A stretch of DNA of 64,000 bases from assembly GCF_009914755.1 (NCBI RefSeq), contig NC_060925.1. The stretch is one strand, 5' to 3'. Source of the stretch: the human T2T-CHM13v2.0 reference genome, Homo sapiens. Every line of letters starts with the position of its first letter. Position 1 is the first letter of the stretch. Shown in pieces: positions 43,810-59,545 of the stretch. The notes under the pieces are model-generated. The model was not told the origin of the DNA, searched no databases, and saw only the letters and a list, made by a program, of their open reading frames with translations. Both the position numbers and the translations under genes were made by a program.

Positions 43810-44135
43810 CTGCCTCTATCCATATATTAAAGGTTTCTCCATATGTAGTGAACTGTAACCTAACTCGATGTGTAAACAACCTGTAACCTACTCTTGAGCC
43901 AATGACTGAGTTTTAGCCAATCAAAGGTGGCCAACTGTTCAAACTGGGTTCAAATAAGACAAACTCAGAGCTGTAGCCAATCCGATTATTTTTGTACCTC
44001 ACTTCTGTTTTCTGTAAGTCACTTTCCCTTTTCCATCCATAAATCTTCTTCTACCACATGGTAGCACTGGAACCTCTCTGAACCTATTCTGGTTCTGGAA
44101 ATTTCTGATTCAGGAATTCTTCTTTGCTTAATTAA

Positions 44136-44140
<5 letters not shown>
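43810..44140 (+). mobile_element. MER57-like LTR
   Basis: gtgaactgtaacctaact...agccaatc...ttgcttaattaaactctg. Confidence 0.65.

Positions 44141-44166
<26 letters not shown>
44139..44166. repeat. (TG)n microsatellite
   Basis: Seen directly. Confidence 0.9.
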
Positions 44167-44550
44167 ATTATATATTATATACACATGTAATATATATATG
44201 TATGTGTATATATAATATTTATTTGAGAGAGAGAGAAGTGACTTGTGGTACTGATGTTGCTTGCCTAGGTTCCAAGTAAAGTTCCTCAATTGCACTTTAC
44301 TTACCTAGAGCTGTCCCTCCATTTCTTTGTCCTTGTTGCTAAGTTTTTGAAGTGGATAGGCTAGTTATCTTGTTCAACATCCTGCATTCTGATCAAACTA
44401 AACATTTTTGGAAAGAACAGAATATAGGAATTTGTGCTTCTTACCACTCAACCTGTCAGAAAGCAAGTGATGCAAGAACAAAATATTGTGAATATGTTTA
44501 CATCGAAAGTGTTAAAGAAAACTCAGCATCTGCCAGCAAGTTTATGGCAT

Positions 44551-44619
44551 GCCACGGTGGTATAGTGATTGGCACTTTGTGTTGTGAATGCAGAACCTTG
44601 ATTCCAATCCAAAATGGCA
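44551..44619 (+). pseudogene. Highly decayed tRNA-His(GTG) pseudogene
   Basis: gccacggtggtatagtgattggcactttgtgttgtgaatgcagaaccttgattccaatcc aligns to tRNA-His. The B box is destroyed. Confidence 0.6.
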
Positions 44620-45406
44620 GTGTGTGGCATCTTTTTGGGGAGAAACTGAGCTGTCTTTTGGTTTGTTTTCAATCCGTGCACTGACTGAGTCCTTTAGTAG
44701 GGTTTACCACTGACTCCTGTCAGGCAAAAAGGAGACCCCACATTGCACATACCTAGGGCCCAGGACATGCCCTATGTCTCACCATTGAGCAGAAAATATC
44801 CCAAAGGGTAAAATGTCACCTTTCAAACCGCCATGTTGGTAGCTTCCACTAATGCAGTGGTGTGGTCATAACTGGTTTTTACTGTTCCTTACAATGGCTG
44901 CAACCCTTATTTGTGACTAGAGAACAAGGCTTACCACTGAATTGCCAGCATGATACAGCCAGGGCCATCAAAAACACACCTGCACTAGGTCATTGGGAAC
45001 TTTGGAGGTGCCTTACATCTGGGCATGCATTGAACCACCACACAAGGTGAAATGCCTCTTCTCAAAGAGGCTTGCCTGCAGTTTCCACTAATGAAATTGT
45101 GAGTCATAGCTGTTCTTCTGTTTGAGATATTAGGAGGGATTTTGTGGGGGGTGAGGGGGGATGAAAGTGAGCTTTTACTGAGTTTAAAATAAAATCCAAA
45201 CTCCTTGCCATGGTCTACACTGGCTTGTCTCCATCTTCCATCCCCCACCCCCCATGTTTATGCTAAAGAGCAGACTATTGAAATGTAATTCACACAGTGT
45301 AAAATTCAAATATATTAACTAGGACAGGTTATTAAATATTGACAAATGAAATCATCACCCAGATCAAGTTATAGAAAATTTCCATCATCCCAAAAATGTC
45401 TGTGGA

Positions 45407-45530
45407 TGCCAGGCACGGTAGCTCATGCTTGTAATCCCAGCACTTGGGAGGCTGAAGTGGAAAGATTGACTGAGCCCAGCAATTTGAGACCAGCCTGGGC
45501 AACATGGCAAGATCCCCATCCCTATAAAAA
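45407..45530 (+). mobile_element. Alu monomer (FLAM-like)
   Basis: Left-arm sequence. Confidence 0.8.
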
Positions 45531-46089
45531 TTTTTTCAAATTCAAAAAATAAAAAATATTTAAAAAGGTCCAAGAGTCCCTTTCCAGGTAATCCCACCCT
45601 TCTCCCCTTGGTTTATCACTATTCTGATGTTTATCACCATAGATTATGTTGCTCTCTTCTTGAAATTCATATAAATTCACTTTTTGTGTTAGCGTTTTTT
45701 TCACATCTTTGAAATGTATCCATATTATTATATGTATCTAGTTTATTTGGGTGTAACTGGTGAGTGTTATCCAATATGTGAATACACCACTGTTGATGGA
45801 CAATTTGGTTATTTCTAGTTTGGACTATTATGAAGAAGGCTGCTGTGCATGAATATTATTGTACGAATCTATCAACAAATATTCTGTGTTTTCTTAGATT
45901 TTGTATTTGTCTCTATTTGGCATCTATTCACCGCAGAACAATTATAATAACTATATTTTCTTATTTTCTTTATTTTTTTCTTAAAACAATTTATTGATGT
46001 ATGCCTGGTATACTAAAAGCTGTACATATGTAATGAACACAATTTGCTGAGATTGGAAATAAGTATGGACACATTAAATCATCACCACA

Positions 46090-46628
<539 letters not shown>

Positions 46629-46916
46629 TCAAATCAGGATGTTTAGGATATCCATCATCTCAGACATTTTATCATTTCTTTGTGTTGGGAACATTTCAAA
46701 TTCTCTCTTCTTAGCTCCTTTGAAATGTACAATATACTGCTGGTAGCTGTAGTCACCCTACTGTGCTGTTTCTTTTCTGAGATTCCACCTAACCCCTTGA
46801 TGTTCCAACTGCTGTGGTTGTCTAAAACTTTGTCCTCTGTTCCTTTAATCTAGGAAGACAGTTTGGTTTTGTATTGTAATTTAGCTAATCCAAGTAAGGG
46901 GGAGCAAAGTTTGTTC

Positions 46917-47815
46917 TATAAACGAAAAATAAAATCCTGAGTCCCCCAACTGACTAAATGGACACCCTACTGGCCAACGGGACCCTAGGCAAACCTTATA
47001 AACTGAGTCCCAGGCCAAGAAGGAACGGGAGGCCAGACAAGCCTCATTATATTCCCACCCTTTTGCAATTTAGACAAAACTGACCAACATTAATGTTATC
47101 ACAGAGATCATAAGACTGACGGAACAGACTCTTTATGGCAATAAGACACCAAATTATAAATAGGACTTAGGACCATTCCGGGCAAGGATTAACTCACACA
47201 CCCCATATATGCAAAGAATAAACTATGTTCTAACTGCCACAAGGATTTTCTCTAGCAGCTAAACAAGCACTGGCCTTGAGAATAGGGAGTGTTGAAGCAC
47301 TTGCTGCTCACCCCTCACCAGATACCGAACCCCGCTGTTCCACAAGCCATAACTACAGCCTTGACTGACAAGAGACTGATTTCAGTAACTTTCTTCTGAT
47401 GAGAAGACCAGCGACCATGGACTGGTTCTGTCAGTTTTACAGTATCTGTGCATTTGAGTGCCTTTGTGTCCTGAAAAGACCTTTGTGTATAGGGCCTAAT
47501 TGTAATGCATTTAAATGCTAAGTATCCATAACAAGGTGAACAAGTTTGTATATTACGTGAATGTTTGTTCAATAAGCATGCATCAGGACCCCTTCACAAA
47601 TATTCATAAATCCTCCTATAACTTGTTGAATATGTATTTTAGGCCCACCCATTCAACTTAAATTCCTGTCTTGCCCCTCCCTCCCTCAAAGTGCCTGCTT
47701 CTGGGCTTCCCGCGATTCCCAGCCTGTCAGGATGACCACCTTACATGCTGTAACCCTTTAGAAGAAATAAATTCTCCTCTGTAAGCTCACAAATTGTATG
47801 GTTTTTCAGTTAACA
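46917..47815 (+). mobile_element. MER4-family solo LTR
   Basis: aaacgaaaaataaaatcctgag...ttttcagttaaca. Similar to 60720-61332. Confidence 0.7.
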
Positions 47816-48377
47816 GCCCTCTGCTGAAAGTTTGCAAAATGGGATACTCACTACCTGCCATTCTTCCATATGTCCGCCTGCTTTTGTTCAGTCTTCCAGC
47901 ACCTTCAAATTATATAATATATATATGAAATAAATTTTTCTAGTTTATAGTCGTTATCTGTGGGAGAGTTACTCTGAAAGCAGCAAGAAGCCATTACCAG
48001 ATGCAGATCTCATTCTGTCAGTAATGGCAACCCAGCAAATAGGACAGGAGCCCCACCCAGGTTGGATCAATGCATGGCTGTATAACCTTGAGCAAGCTGC
48101 TTAGTCGACCTCTGAAGTCAGTACTGCTGTATGAGAAATGGAGATATGAAAAGAACAGGAGTGCTAGGGTGCCCAAGGGAGAAAAGAGTAGGTAACAAGA
48201 TTTTCGATCAGGAGCATGAGAAACAGGGAGAGGGTCACCATTAACTCCCCTTCTTCACCAGAGTTTTCTGGCACCCAAGACTACAGAAACTCTCCTGCAG
48301 TGGGCTTTGGGGCACATCGCAAGTTCCAGTAACAAGGGCTAAGATCGCCCGCTTTTGGAGACCTTACAAAGCATGTA

Positions 48378-48450
48378 TTCCCTGACCAGGAATCGAACTC
48401 GAGCTGCAGGCGGTGAAAGCGCCGAATCCTAGCCACTAGACCACCAGGGA
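48378..48450 (-). tRNA. TRE-TTC5-1: tRNA-Glu(TTC), variant or possibly inactive
   Basis: TCCCTGGTGGTCTAGTGGCTAGGATTCGGCGCTTTCACCGCCTGCAGCTCGAGTTCGATTCCTGGTCAGGGAA. A and B boxes intact. T-stem weakened, plus a 1-nt insertion. Confidence 0.85.
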
Positions 48451-48566
48451 AACAACAGCAAGCACTTTTCATTCCTCTTGCCTTCCAAAGGTTTCTCCAA
48501 AAGGTGAACCTGTCTGCAATGCTCACGAAGCCCTCCAGATGCACAAGTCAAAACTGATCTAGAGAT

Positions 48567-49903
48567 TCTGAAGTACGCTGTGCTCCTTGAGAAGTGCGGA
48601 GCCACTGGAACCACAAGCAGCTTCAGACAGGAACCAATGAGGCCATCAAAACCCTCAACAGAGGCATCTGTGAGTTCATTGTGGTGGCTGCAGACACCAC
48701 GCTGCAAGAGAGCATTCTGCACTCCCACTGCTGTGTGAAGAGAAGAATGTGCTGGGCCTGCCTGGAATGTTTGCGCACTCCAGGCGGGCCCTGGGGCGGG
48801 CCTGTGGGGTCTCCAGTCCTGTCATCACCTGTTCTGTCACCATCAAAGAAGGCTCACAGCTGATCCAGTCCATTCAGCAGTCCGTTGAAAGGCTCCTAGT
48901 CTAAACCTGTGGCGTCTAAACCCGTGGCCTCTGCTGCACAATCTCTGCTGACTACTCCCCCTGAGGTTATTCTCAGCTACTTTCTATTGCTATAAAATAT
49001 TATAGTACTAAATCTGGTTTCTGGGGTTTTGTATAGTTTTTGTTCTGTTTTACAGGGTTGTTTTCCCCCTTCTCCATGCCCACCCTTTCTCTGCCATCCT
49101 GCATCCTCTTAAACTCTCTATTGAAAAATGAACAAATGTTCAGAACAGAGGAAGTAGAGTGGTGGCACCATCAAAGGCAGGAAGGGCCAGGAGAACCTGA
49201 TGGGAGTGGGGATATAGACCTGGTTCTAGCTTCCAGGCTTCCAGTCACTAACTTTCTGCTGTGTGCAGGGCACAATGGAAGTAAACACCACCCACTATAT
49301 ATCCCCTGTGCCTGGCATACAGAATCATTCATACATGTTGACCGAAGGGTTTCCTTTGCTTCTAGGGGATTATGTATCATTTTGGGAGGAAGCATGTATT
49401 CTGTGAGGTTGTTTAGTTTATGTCCAAGTGCCATTTACTAATGTATCCCTGCTCTTTGCTTTCGGTATGTATGTTCTTCCTCCACCTGACAATTGTGCCC
49501 CCAATGGTGGCCAGGCAGCAGCATACCAAAGAGATGTGCTGCAAGATTTCAGAGGTGGGTGAGTGAGACATGGGAAAGTGGACTCAGGTCTTGAAAGAGT
49601 CAGGAGTGGCCAGGGCAAAGAACATGAACTGGTGCTGGAATGAAGGATTCTGGGAAGGTTGTGGAGACCTGGCTGGTAGCTAGAGCAGAGATGATGGAAT
49701 CCAAGGAAACAACTTCTCTCCGGTGAATCAAGATTTCTTCAGTGGACACTTAGTCCCAGCTCTGATAGCCCTTACCCCTGTTTCCTGCCACAGTGTGGGT
49801 CATATGTATTCTTTATCATATGAGGAGAGTGCTAATTAATGTGTCATTTATTTTGTGAGCATGCTAATAAATATATTCATATTCCAATTTAGTGAAAAAA
49901 AAA
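48567..49903 (+). pseudogene. SNU13 (NHP2L1, 15.5K) processed pseudogene
   Basis: [27 protein letters not shown]...[25 protein letters not shown]...ERLLV* (stop at about 48902). 3'UTR, AATAAA at 49866 and A-tail. TSD aaa(c/t)tgatctagagat. Confidence 0.9.
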
Positions 49904-50254
49904 TTGATCTAGAGATGCCCCTTTTCGAGGTGACAGCATGGCTCTGGAGAGATGGCCACAGGAACCATGGCAGTGGACCAGGTTGCTGGGAGAAGGCAAA
50001 AGGGGAGGCACCCAAGCTGAGAAGGGGCTAAGCACTCAGCCCCTGGGACCACCAACAGCAGGCCTGAGACACATGCAGGAAACCAGACAGCCTGGATGAA
50101 ATTTCTTTCAAGCAAGGCCAGTGGTCCCTGACAGAACACCAGAGGTTTCCCCCTAAATCCTTTCGCATCTGTACCGTTTCTATCTTAGTTGGAGCTCTTT
50201 GTTCTCATCCTTGCAATACGCAGAGAAAAAAAAATCACAGGTTGTTGATTGTTT

Positions 50255-50510
<256 letters not shown>

Positions 50511-52517
50511 ACCAGAGTTCTTTTTGATGCCGATATTTTACTCGGACTCCACATCTAGGTAGGAATTCATGTTTTCAAGTACGGACGTTGCTCTACACAA
50601 TCCTCTCCTTTCCTGATCACTAAATTAGAGTAAATCACTGTCCTGAAGAAGGTACCCTTGGGAGAGTGGGTTGGCCTCTCTTTCCACCCTTTCTTGACTC
50701 TGCCCTCACCTTCAAGCCTCTTTCTGGCCTGTGTTCAAGGTCCAGAGGCATGCTTAAGACCTCTCTGTGTGGCTCTTCTTGAAGAGTCAGGAACCCCATA
50801 CTTCCTGTTCAGCGGGCAGAGAAGCTTCAAGCCGCACAGTTTTGGGTATGCTAGGATCCCACAAGGCACAGATGTGCAGTGGCCCACGAAGTGAGTTTGT
50901 GGGTCTCCAGTTACCTGCAGCCCTTTCTGCTCCTGTAGGTTAAAGGGCAATTGCCTTTTTTTTTTCTGTCCAGGAAGGACCCCAGAATGTTCTGAGTCAG
51001 AAAGACAGTGAATCCTCTCCTCTGGGTCACTGGGGAGGGAGAGAGAGAGATTTCAGAGGGAAGAAAGCAGAAAAAGATGTCACAAAATTGCCTAATCAAA
51101 AGTTACCATGATGCCTGCCTCATCTGGAACTGGGCTCCCAGTCTCTAGTGAGGGAGACATAGTCCAGTCCAGTCCCAGTCTCCAGTCTGAGCCAAAGCAG
51201 AACAAAGCTGGACACTGCAGCCTGGCATCCAACGAACATTTTGTCACTTTCCCCAGGGTGGGAGCATTTGAACTTTGGATGTGAAGGAAACATGGTAACC
51301 ACTGCAGTAAGAAAAGCAACTGCTGGAGAAAATGGCACTTTCTTCCCCAAATTTGTTTTTACACTCATGTCTAAGGAACACCTTAGAAACCACATTAACA
51401 TCTTTCAGCAAAAGGAAATTCTGCCTGTTGATCTTTTGCTGTGAGACAAACTTGAAAAGTTCACAGACACTGCCTTTCTCTGAAAACTGCCCTTACCTCT
51501 TTGTTACAATTCACTTCAAGATCTGTTGAGTAGGAACATCAAAAATGCAAATAAAAAGTTTCAAGTATTATGAAAGAATGCAATAAAACTTCCTTTAAAA
51601 AAAATCTCAAGATGGAGGTGGAGATCCTGTGATCATGAAATCTGAATAGGCTGCTCCTGTGTCCTTCAGTGGTGATGGCTCTGAAACCCTTGTGTTTTAT
51701 GAACTTCATGCCCTGGTCTTCAAACGAATTCAGTGCAGGCCAAGAAGCACAGTTTGGCCTGGGTTGGATGCTCTATATTTTCAAAGAGTGAAATGCCTTG
51801 AGACACAGCCTTTGCTATAGTACCTGCTAAAACTTCAACGTGTGGATAAATATAGCTTACATTGAATCGAATAGACTCAGCGAGAGTGGCAGTGAAGGAT
51901 GCCCTCTGGAAGATTCGAGGTGCTGAGGCCAAAGGGCTAGCAAGGAAAGAGCGTGCGGGTCAGGCCCTTCAGCCTGGTGGAAGAGCAGGCAGGGAGGGTC
52001 CTATGGTTCCTGGGAGGACCCGAAGCATGATCGCCTGTCAAGAGCCAAGAGCCCTAATGGCCAGCGCCGGGGAAAGGGCCCCCGAGGGGCAGTCAGCAGC
52101 CCTGCAGGGGCGGCGTTCACACTCCTGTGTGGCACGGGACACTCATGGCTCCACCAGCTCCTGAAGCTTCTGGGAGCCAGAGAGTCAGCAGGGAGAATCC
52201 CACACACGGGCACTCAGTTCCTGGAAACCCTGCATGAGATGCGGGATCCCGAAGCCAGATTGGGGGTCCCTAGGGTCTTGGCTTCGGGGCTAGGCGTGGA
52301 ACCGTAAATGAGGGTTCAGCCTGTCTGCCTGAGGGATTGTGTTTCCTGGCGTATTTATCACTCAAATTTTGAAAAGCAGTCGAATTTGTTATATTGGAAA
52401 CCCTAGTAGTTAAAAACAGCAGATGGTAACATTTCAGGAATATGTCTTGTGCCAGGAACTGTGAGGGGTTTCTGTAGTGTAGTGATTACATGTTCGCTTC
52501 ACATGTGAAAGGTCTCA

Positions 52518-53780
<1,263 letters not shown>

Positions 53781-54077
53781 TATGGAACCTAGTTTGATCT
53801 GGAGGGATCTTATTTTATAGGAGGCTTGGAGGGGGACCTTTTGCTTTGTGTACTCATAGGATGCACAAGACACAAGGGAACAATATCTCACTTTTTAAAT
53901 ACAGTGATAGGCCTGAGGAGAAACAACTGCAATTTTTTTTTTTTTTAATGAGATGGGATTCTCACTGGTCTTGAACTGAGCTCAGGCGAGGCTTCCCCTA
54001 CGTCGGCCTCTCAAAGTGTTGGGATTAATAGGCGTGAGCCACCGCGCCTGACCACAACTAACCAACATTTAAAAGCA

Positions 54078-54151
54078 CGTCCCTGGGTAGGCTCGAACCA
54101 CCAACTTTCCGGTTAACGGCCGAACGCGCTAACCAATTGCTCCACGGAGAT
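54078..54151 (-). tRNA. tRNA-Asn(GTT), degenerate and probably a pseudogene
   Basis: ATCTCCGTGGAGCAATTGGTTAGCGCGTTCGGCCGTTAACCGGAAAGTTGGTGGTTCGAGCCTACCCAGGGACG. Acceptor-stem mismatches and U33>C. T4 terminator present. Confidence 0.8.
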
Positions 54152-54827
54152 AACCTCAGTTGGTCGCTTTCATCTCAACATAGATTAAGCAATCACTAAA
54201 CTCTAGGGGTTGCCATTCGCTTTCTGCAGGACAACTGTGCAGACTACAAAGCTTCGGAAAACCGGAGAGGCTGAGTCGACTAATCGTGTTGTTCCACGTT
54301 AGAAACGCTTGCATTGCCTGACTCTGAAACCAGAAGGGCGGCCGAATGGCCTTCACCCTCCGTTAACCCTCGCCTGCTTCAGAAGCTAGTGCCTCTGGAA
54401 ATGCCTGGATCTGCGACCCCAGCCTGAGCCTAGTAGGGCCCAAGGGAAGCTGAACGCCCCGACGGCTCTCATGGTAGCTCTTTCTGTTTTTTTGCGCCGC
54501 CTTCAGGCAATCATCTACTCCGCTTGCTATCCCCTCACTCAACTCGGCTTCAGTAGATGGGGTTGGTGGGGCGGGAGCGGGAAAGAGGCAGGGGAGTCAA
54601 AAGGGAAAACCTGAAAAGAAGGAGGGAGAAGCAGGGGAGACCAGGACGAGACAATGGGACAGCCCAGGATGCCGGTGCAGAGGGCACCGGCTGGATGCAG
54701 AGAAGATGGGACACGTATCAGAATGGACTGGAGAAGACGTGAGGGAAAATCACAAGAACCTGTAGCTGCCCAAGAATAAACACGTAAAAATCGCATAAAT
54801 GTTTTTACATTAAAAAAAAAATCGGGG

Positions 54828-55254
<427 letters not shown>

Positions 55255-55849
55255 CAGTCAGACTCTATCTTGGACCCACTGGGGCGAACCCACGTGTCTT
55301 TTGGTTTGCCTTTAATTCCTGCACCAGCTGCGGCCTTTATCTGCAGCCAGAAAGCAGGTTTTACCGCTGGCCCCACAGCGCCATACGGTCTGGGGAAAAG
55401 AAGGAAACCCAATAGTACACAAACAAAGGCCAAAAGAGAAACCTTCCAAGTGCTCTATGCCTCACGGTTTAGCAGAAAATATCAAGCAACTCTCAACCTA
55501 GCTGGTCTGTAGCTTCCACAAATGAAATACTGTATTCATTGCAGCCTTTCTGGTTGAGATATTTCAAATATTTGGTGGAGCTTTTAATGAGACGGAGAGA
55601 CACTCTCGAGTGTGGAAGAAAAAAATGAGGGGGTGTGAGGATAAGGCGACTTTAGGACAGAAAAAACAAAGAGACAAGGAAGCCACGTAAACGTTTTCGG
55701 GTAGGCGTTAGGCGATGTCAGTTTTGAACCCCGTTTATGTTAGGTAGAGAGCGCAGCCCTCTTCTAGCACAAACACCGTTTCCCACATTGAAGAAATCAC
55801 AGAGATCAGCAACTCTAGAGTGCGATGAAGAAGCTTCACTCTGGGAGAA

Positions 55850-58660
55850 CCCCCTTCGTGACCACGGTCTCTTTCCTGCCAGGTAAGTGGGAATGAGCGC
55901 ATGCCCTACAGGGACAGCACAGCGTCCTCGCCCTGGCCGGACGCTCAGGGTCACCACCCTACCCACTGCCCCCCTCGCCATTCTTCCAAACCACTCTCTG
56001 CCAAAGATTCCACCGACAGTCACCCCACACGACAACCCAGGCCGCCTTTCAGCAGCGGCTCCCGCCCCGCAACCACGCGCCCTCTCACCCCCGCGGTTCT
56101 GCCCGCCGCCTCTGTCCAGTCTGTGCACTTCACCTCCCTGGCTCCCGCTCTCCCCTGAGCTTACAGTGGACGCGGGGTTCTTCCGAACCCCTCTTGGGAA
56201 TACTGAATGGAAAAGGGGGAGCGTGAGCAAGTGCTTGGTAGAGTGTAGACATTGTGGGATTTGACTGTGGTACCATCGCTTTGACGTCCTAGTGCTGATT
56301 TTTACACCTGCATTCTGCTTAGGGCACCGGCAACAGTTTTCCGTTTGTGCCTACTCCACCTGCTGTCTTTGTTGGGTCAGCGAACATCGCCTCCCTCTAC
56401 CGCTCAATCAGCAAAAGGGACCGCCCTTGAGGACCTCACCCGCCGCTCACTCCCCTCCCAAATTCGCGGGCATCGCCTCCGGTCGCCTCTTCCGAAGGCC
56501 TAACGAGCATGTTAGCTGCGAACGGAGGTGAGGAGGCTCCGCTGACTGACCGGTGCCCATGTCCAGGGCACGCACAAACGCCATGACTTGGCTTGGCCTC
56601 TCTCTTAGTTATTCACAGCTCAGCCCGATAGGCACCTCCGGGGCGGCGACGGCAAAGAGGGTGAGCTTATTAAGTGCAGCTCCACGGGGACTGGCCTCTC
56701 TGCACGGCTGTGTACACCTGAGCGAGACGCTCAGTCGCTCTCTAAAGCCGCTTCTGCGGATGACAGACACGGAGATAAACGTGAGAGGTGGCCCACCACG
56801 ACTTGCCCTCCTTTGCCCGGGTTTGCCCCTCGCTGAGGAGGCTGTTCTACATCTGACCCTTGGAGCAGGCCGGCTGACAGCGTAGTAAAGGAAGATTTCT
56901 GCGGGAGGGCGGCCAGTGCAAAACAATTCCCTGACCGGGAATCGAACCCGGGCCGTGACGCTTTCAGCACCGAATCCTAGCCACTAGACAACCATGCAGA
57001 TGCGGAAAGCTGCTTTCTCTCCCTTCTTCGACCTGAAGCGACACTTTCCTGTGCTCTAGGAGGACTTGGGTCTTGTGAGAGTCGCTCTTTGCTCCTGGAG
57101 TCGTCTCACAAGGCCGTTCACTCCCTGCTTTCTTCAAAAAAAGAACCTGCAGGCGACACACCAAGGGCTCCACGAGGGAGTCCTGAGTACTGGAGCGAGT
57201 TGCGGCCACGCGGCCGCAGCTCACCACTGGCCTAGAGATGCCCTTTGCGAGGCGGCAGCAACTGACAAGATGGTCGCGGGTCGCCGCGTCCGGAGCCGCC
57301 CACCAGGTTGCCAGGAGGAGGCGGGAGCGGGGAGGCGCCCGAGGTGAGACGGGGGCACCCTCTGCATCATAAAGGACCCAGACCCCGGCACCCTCAACAT
57401 CATAAGGAATCAGACGGATGCGGAAACCGAGACGGGCTGGATAGGAAACTCTTTCCAGGAAGGCTCCGGGGCACTCAACTGGTCTCCAACCTTCCCCTGC
57501 AACCTGTGACGCCTGCCATTTTCCCATTTTAGGCGATGGCAACGCAACCCCTCCGTTTGCTCTGGGCAAAACTTCGAGAGTTCCCTCTGAAGCTGGAGCT
57601 TTTTCCTCAGATCCAAGATCCAATTGGTCACCAATTCGTGATTTCCGTCGGCCAAGTGCGTGGGCATTGATCTACACGCGAGTTTCTCCACCTCTGCCGA
57701 ATGGCTACTTCGGGGTGGGGGAAGGGCCCTCCCGCCGTGGATTGCAAGGTGTTTAGCAGCATCTGTCTCCTCCGCTGACTAGACACATGCCAGGGGGATA
57801 ACATTCTCCCTCCCGCTTCCCCCAGCCGCGGCCTAGTGTCCCAGCGGGGTTGGGAGAGGCATGTGAGGGCGAAGTTGCCCCCTGTTGAGAACCATTGCTG
57901 CGCGTAGTCCTTCTCTCTGAACTTGTGCAGAGGACTCTCCAGGTGAAGGCTCAAGGGTGGATCCAGCTCGAGACACCCTCGCTCCCCCTCACAGTCGGAC
58001 CTTAGGATTTAGGCTTTAACATCTCCACATCATGAGATTCGAAACCTTTAGGTCTTTTCTTCCATTCTGTCCTCCAAATCGGCCTCTTCCGAGCCTGTTG
58101 ACCAGGGCCAGCCGGGCAGAGGGCTGGGCTCGCTCAACGAGGCTCCTCTCGCACCTCCTGGAGCTTCAGGCTTCTTTCCGTTGCAGAGAAGCTTTATGGG
58201 CCAATTCGTTCGGCATCCCCGGGGGCAGATGCGCGGTGCGCGGGGAAGAAGAGGATTTGACTGCGGTTCTCCACCCCCGGCGCCCAACCTCCACCCCGGT
58301 GCGCGCGCTCTTCCAGGCTCCTGCTGGTCCCACTTGCCAGGAGTTAGGTCTCAGGTCAGCCTGAGCTCCTGAGACGCCCAGGCCCGGAAAGACACGTAGG
58401 GGAAACCATCTGCTCACTTCTGTCCTGTCCGGAAGGGATCCCTTTCTGACGGGAAAGAAAGGCGGTGAGTCCTGTCCTGTTGAGTAGGCGGAAGAGAGAT
58501 CAAAGGGAAGACAAGAAAAATCCTGTGAGTTTTCAGGATCTAAAGTTACCATGAGGTCGACCTAACCTCCTCTGGAGGTCCTCCCGGTCCTCCCGTGGCT
58601 GTCGAAGGTGAATCTAGCTTCCGTCTCCAGTTCGCCAAGGCGGACAAAGCCGACGACAAT
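55850..58660. promoter_or_regulatory. CpG-island-like region surrounding the tRNA-Glu-derived gene
   Basis: High GC and CpG density. Confidence 0.6.
56927..56998 (-). tRNA. tRNA-Glu-derived gene carrying a GAA (Phe) anticodon; probable pseudogene
   Basis: TGCATGGTTGTCTAGTGGCTAGGATTCGGTGCTGAAAGCGTCACGGCCCGGGTTCGATTCCCGGTCAGGGAA. Intact A/B boxes, T-arm and T4 terminator. Acceptor and anticodon stems damaged. Confidence 0.8.
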
Positions 58661-58780
58661 GGGCCTGTCCACTATCTTCTTTCATATGCACAAAATGTCA
58701 GCTCTTCTTGTTTCTAACTTGCAACATCCCACCTGATGACCAGCTCAGCAAATTAGAGACCCTCCATGGGATTCCATCTC

Positions 58781-59010
58781 TGTCTTAGTTCGGGCTTCCA
58801 TAACTATGTAAACCGGGTGGCTAATTCACAACAGAAATTTATTTCTCACAGTTCTGGAGGTTGGAAGTCCGAGATCAAGGTGCCAACATGGTAGGGTTAT
58901 GATGAGGGACTTTTTTCTGGTTGTAGACTGCCACCTTCTCATTGTATCCTCAGGGAGCAGAGAGAGCTCCCTGGGGTCCCTTTTATAGTGGCATTAGTCC
59001 CACTCAGACT
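58781..59010 (-). mobile_element. MLT1-type MaLR LTR fragment
   Basis: acaacagaaatttatttctcacagttctggaggttggaagtccgagatcaaggtgcc. Confidence 0.75.
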
Positions 59011-59049
59011 AATGGGACTAAATCCAGACTCAGTTATTGCAATGTGTGC

Positions 59050-59545
59050 AAAAGAACAAGGACTTGTACTATCTGACTTCAAGGCTTACTATAAGCTATT
59101 ATAGACAAGGCATCAGGAGGGACAAATAGATAAACAGACTGAGTTAAGAGACCTGAAACTGATCCACAGCCATACAGTCAATAAATGAGCTTTCAATGAA
59201 AGCAGTTCAATAGAAGAAAATAAATCATTTCAATTAATGGACTTTCATATGGAGGTGGGGGAGACCAACAATGTTATTCTCCCTCACACTACATACAAAA
59301 GTAATTTGAGGTGCATTATACACCAAAACTTAAAAGTTAAAGATATAAAGCATTTCAAGGATACTCTGTAGGTAAAGATTAGCCTACCAACAAGTAGGAC
59401 ACTGAAAAAATATATATAAAAGACATGATAAATTAGACTTCATCAACATTAGCCATACCTTCTCATCAAAAGATACCACTAAGAAAGTGAAAAGGCAAGC
59501 AAGCCACAGACAGAGAGAAAATAGTCACAAAACGTATCTGACCTC
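59050..59545 (+). mobile_element. Old L1 ORF2 fragment
   Basis: gacttcaaggcttactataagcta...ataaattagacttcatcaacatt. Confidence 0.6.

Noticed and set aside
55718-58552. Long overlapping ORFs (up to 219 aa) on both strands
   Set aside because: Expected from stop-codon depletion in a GC-rich island. No recognisable homology.
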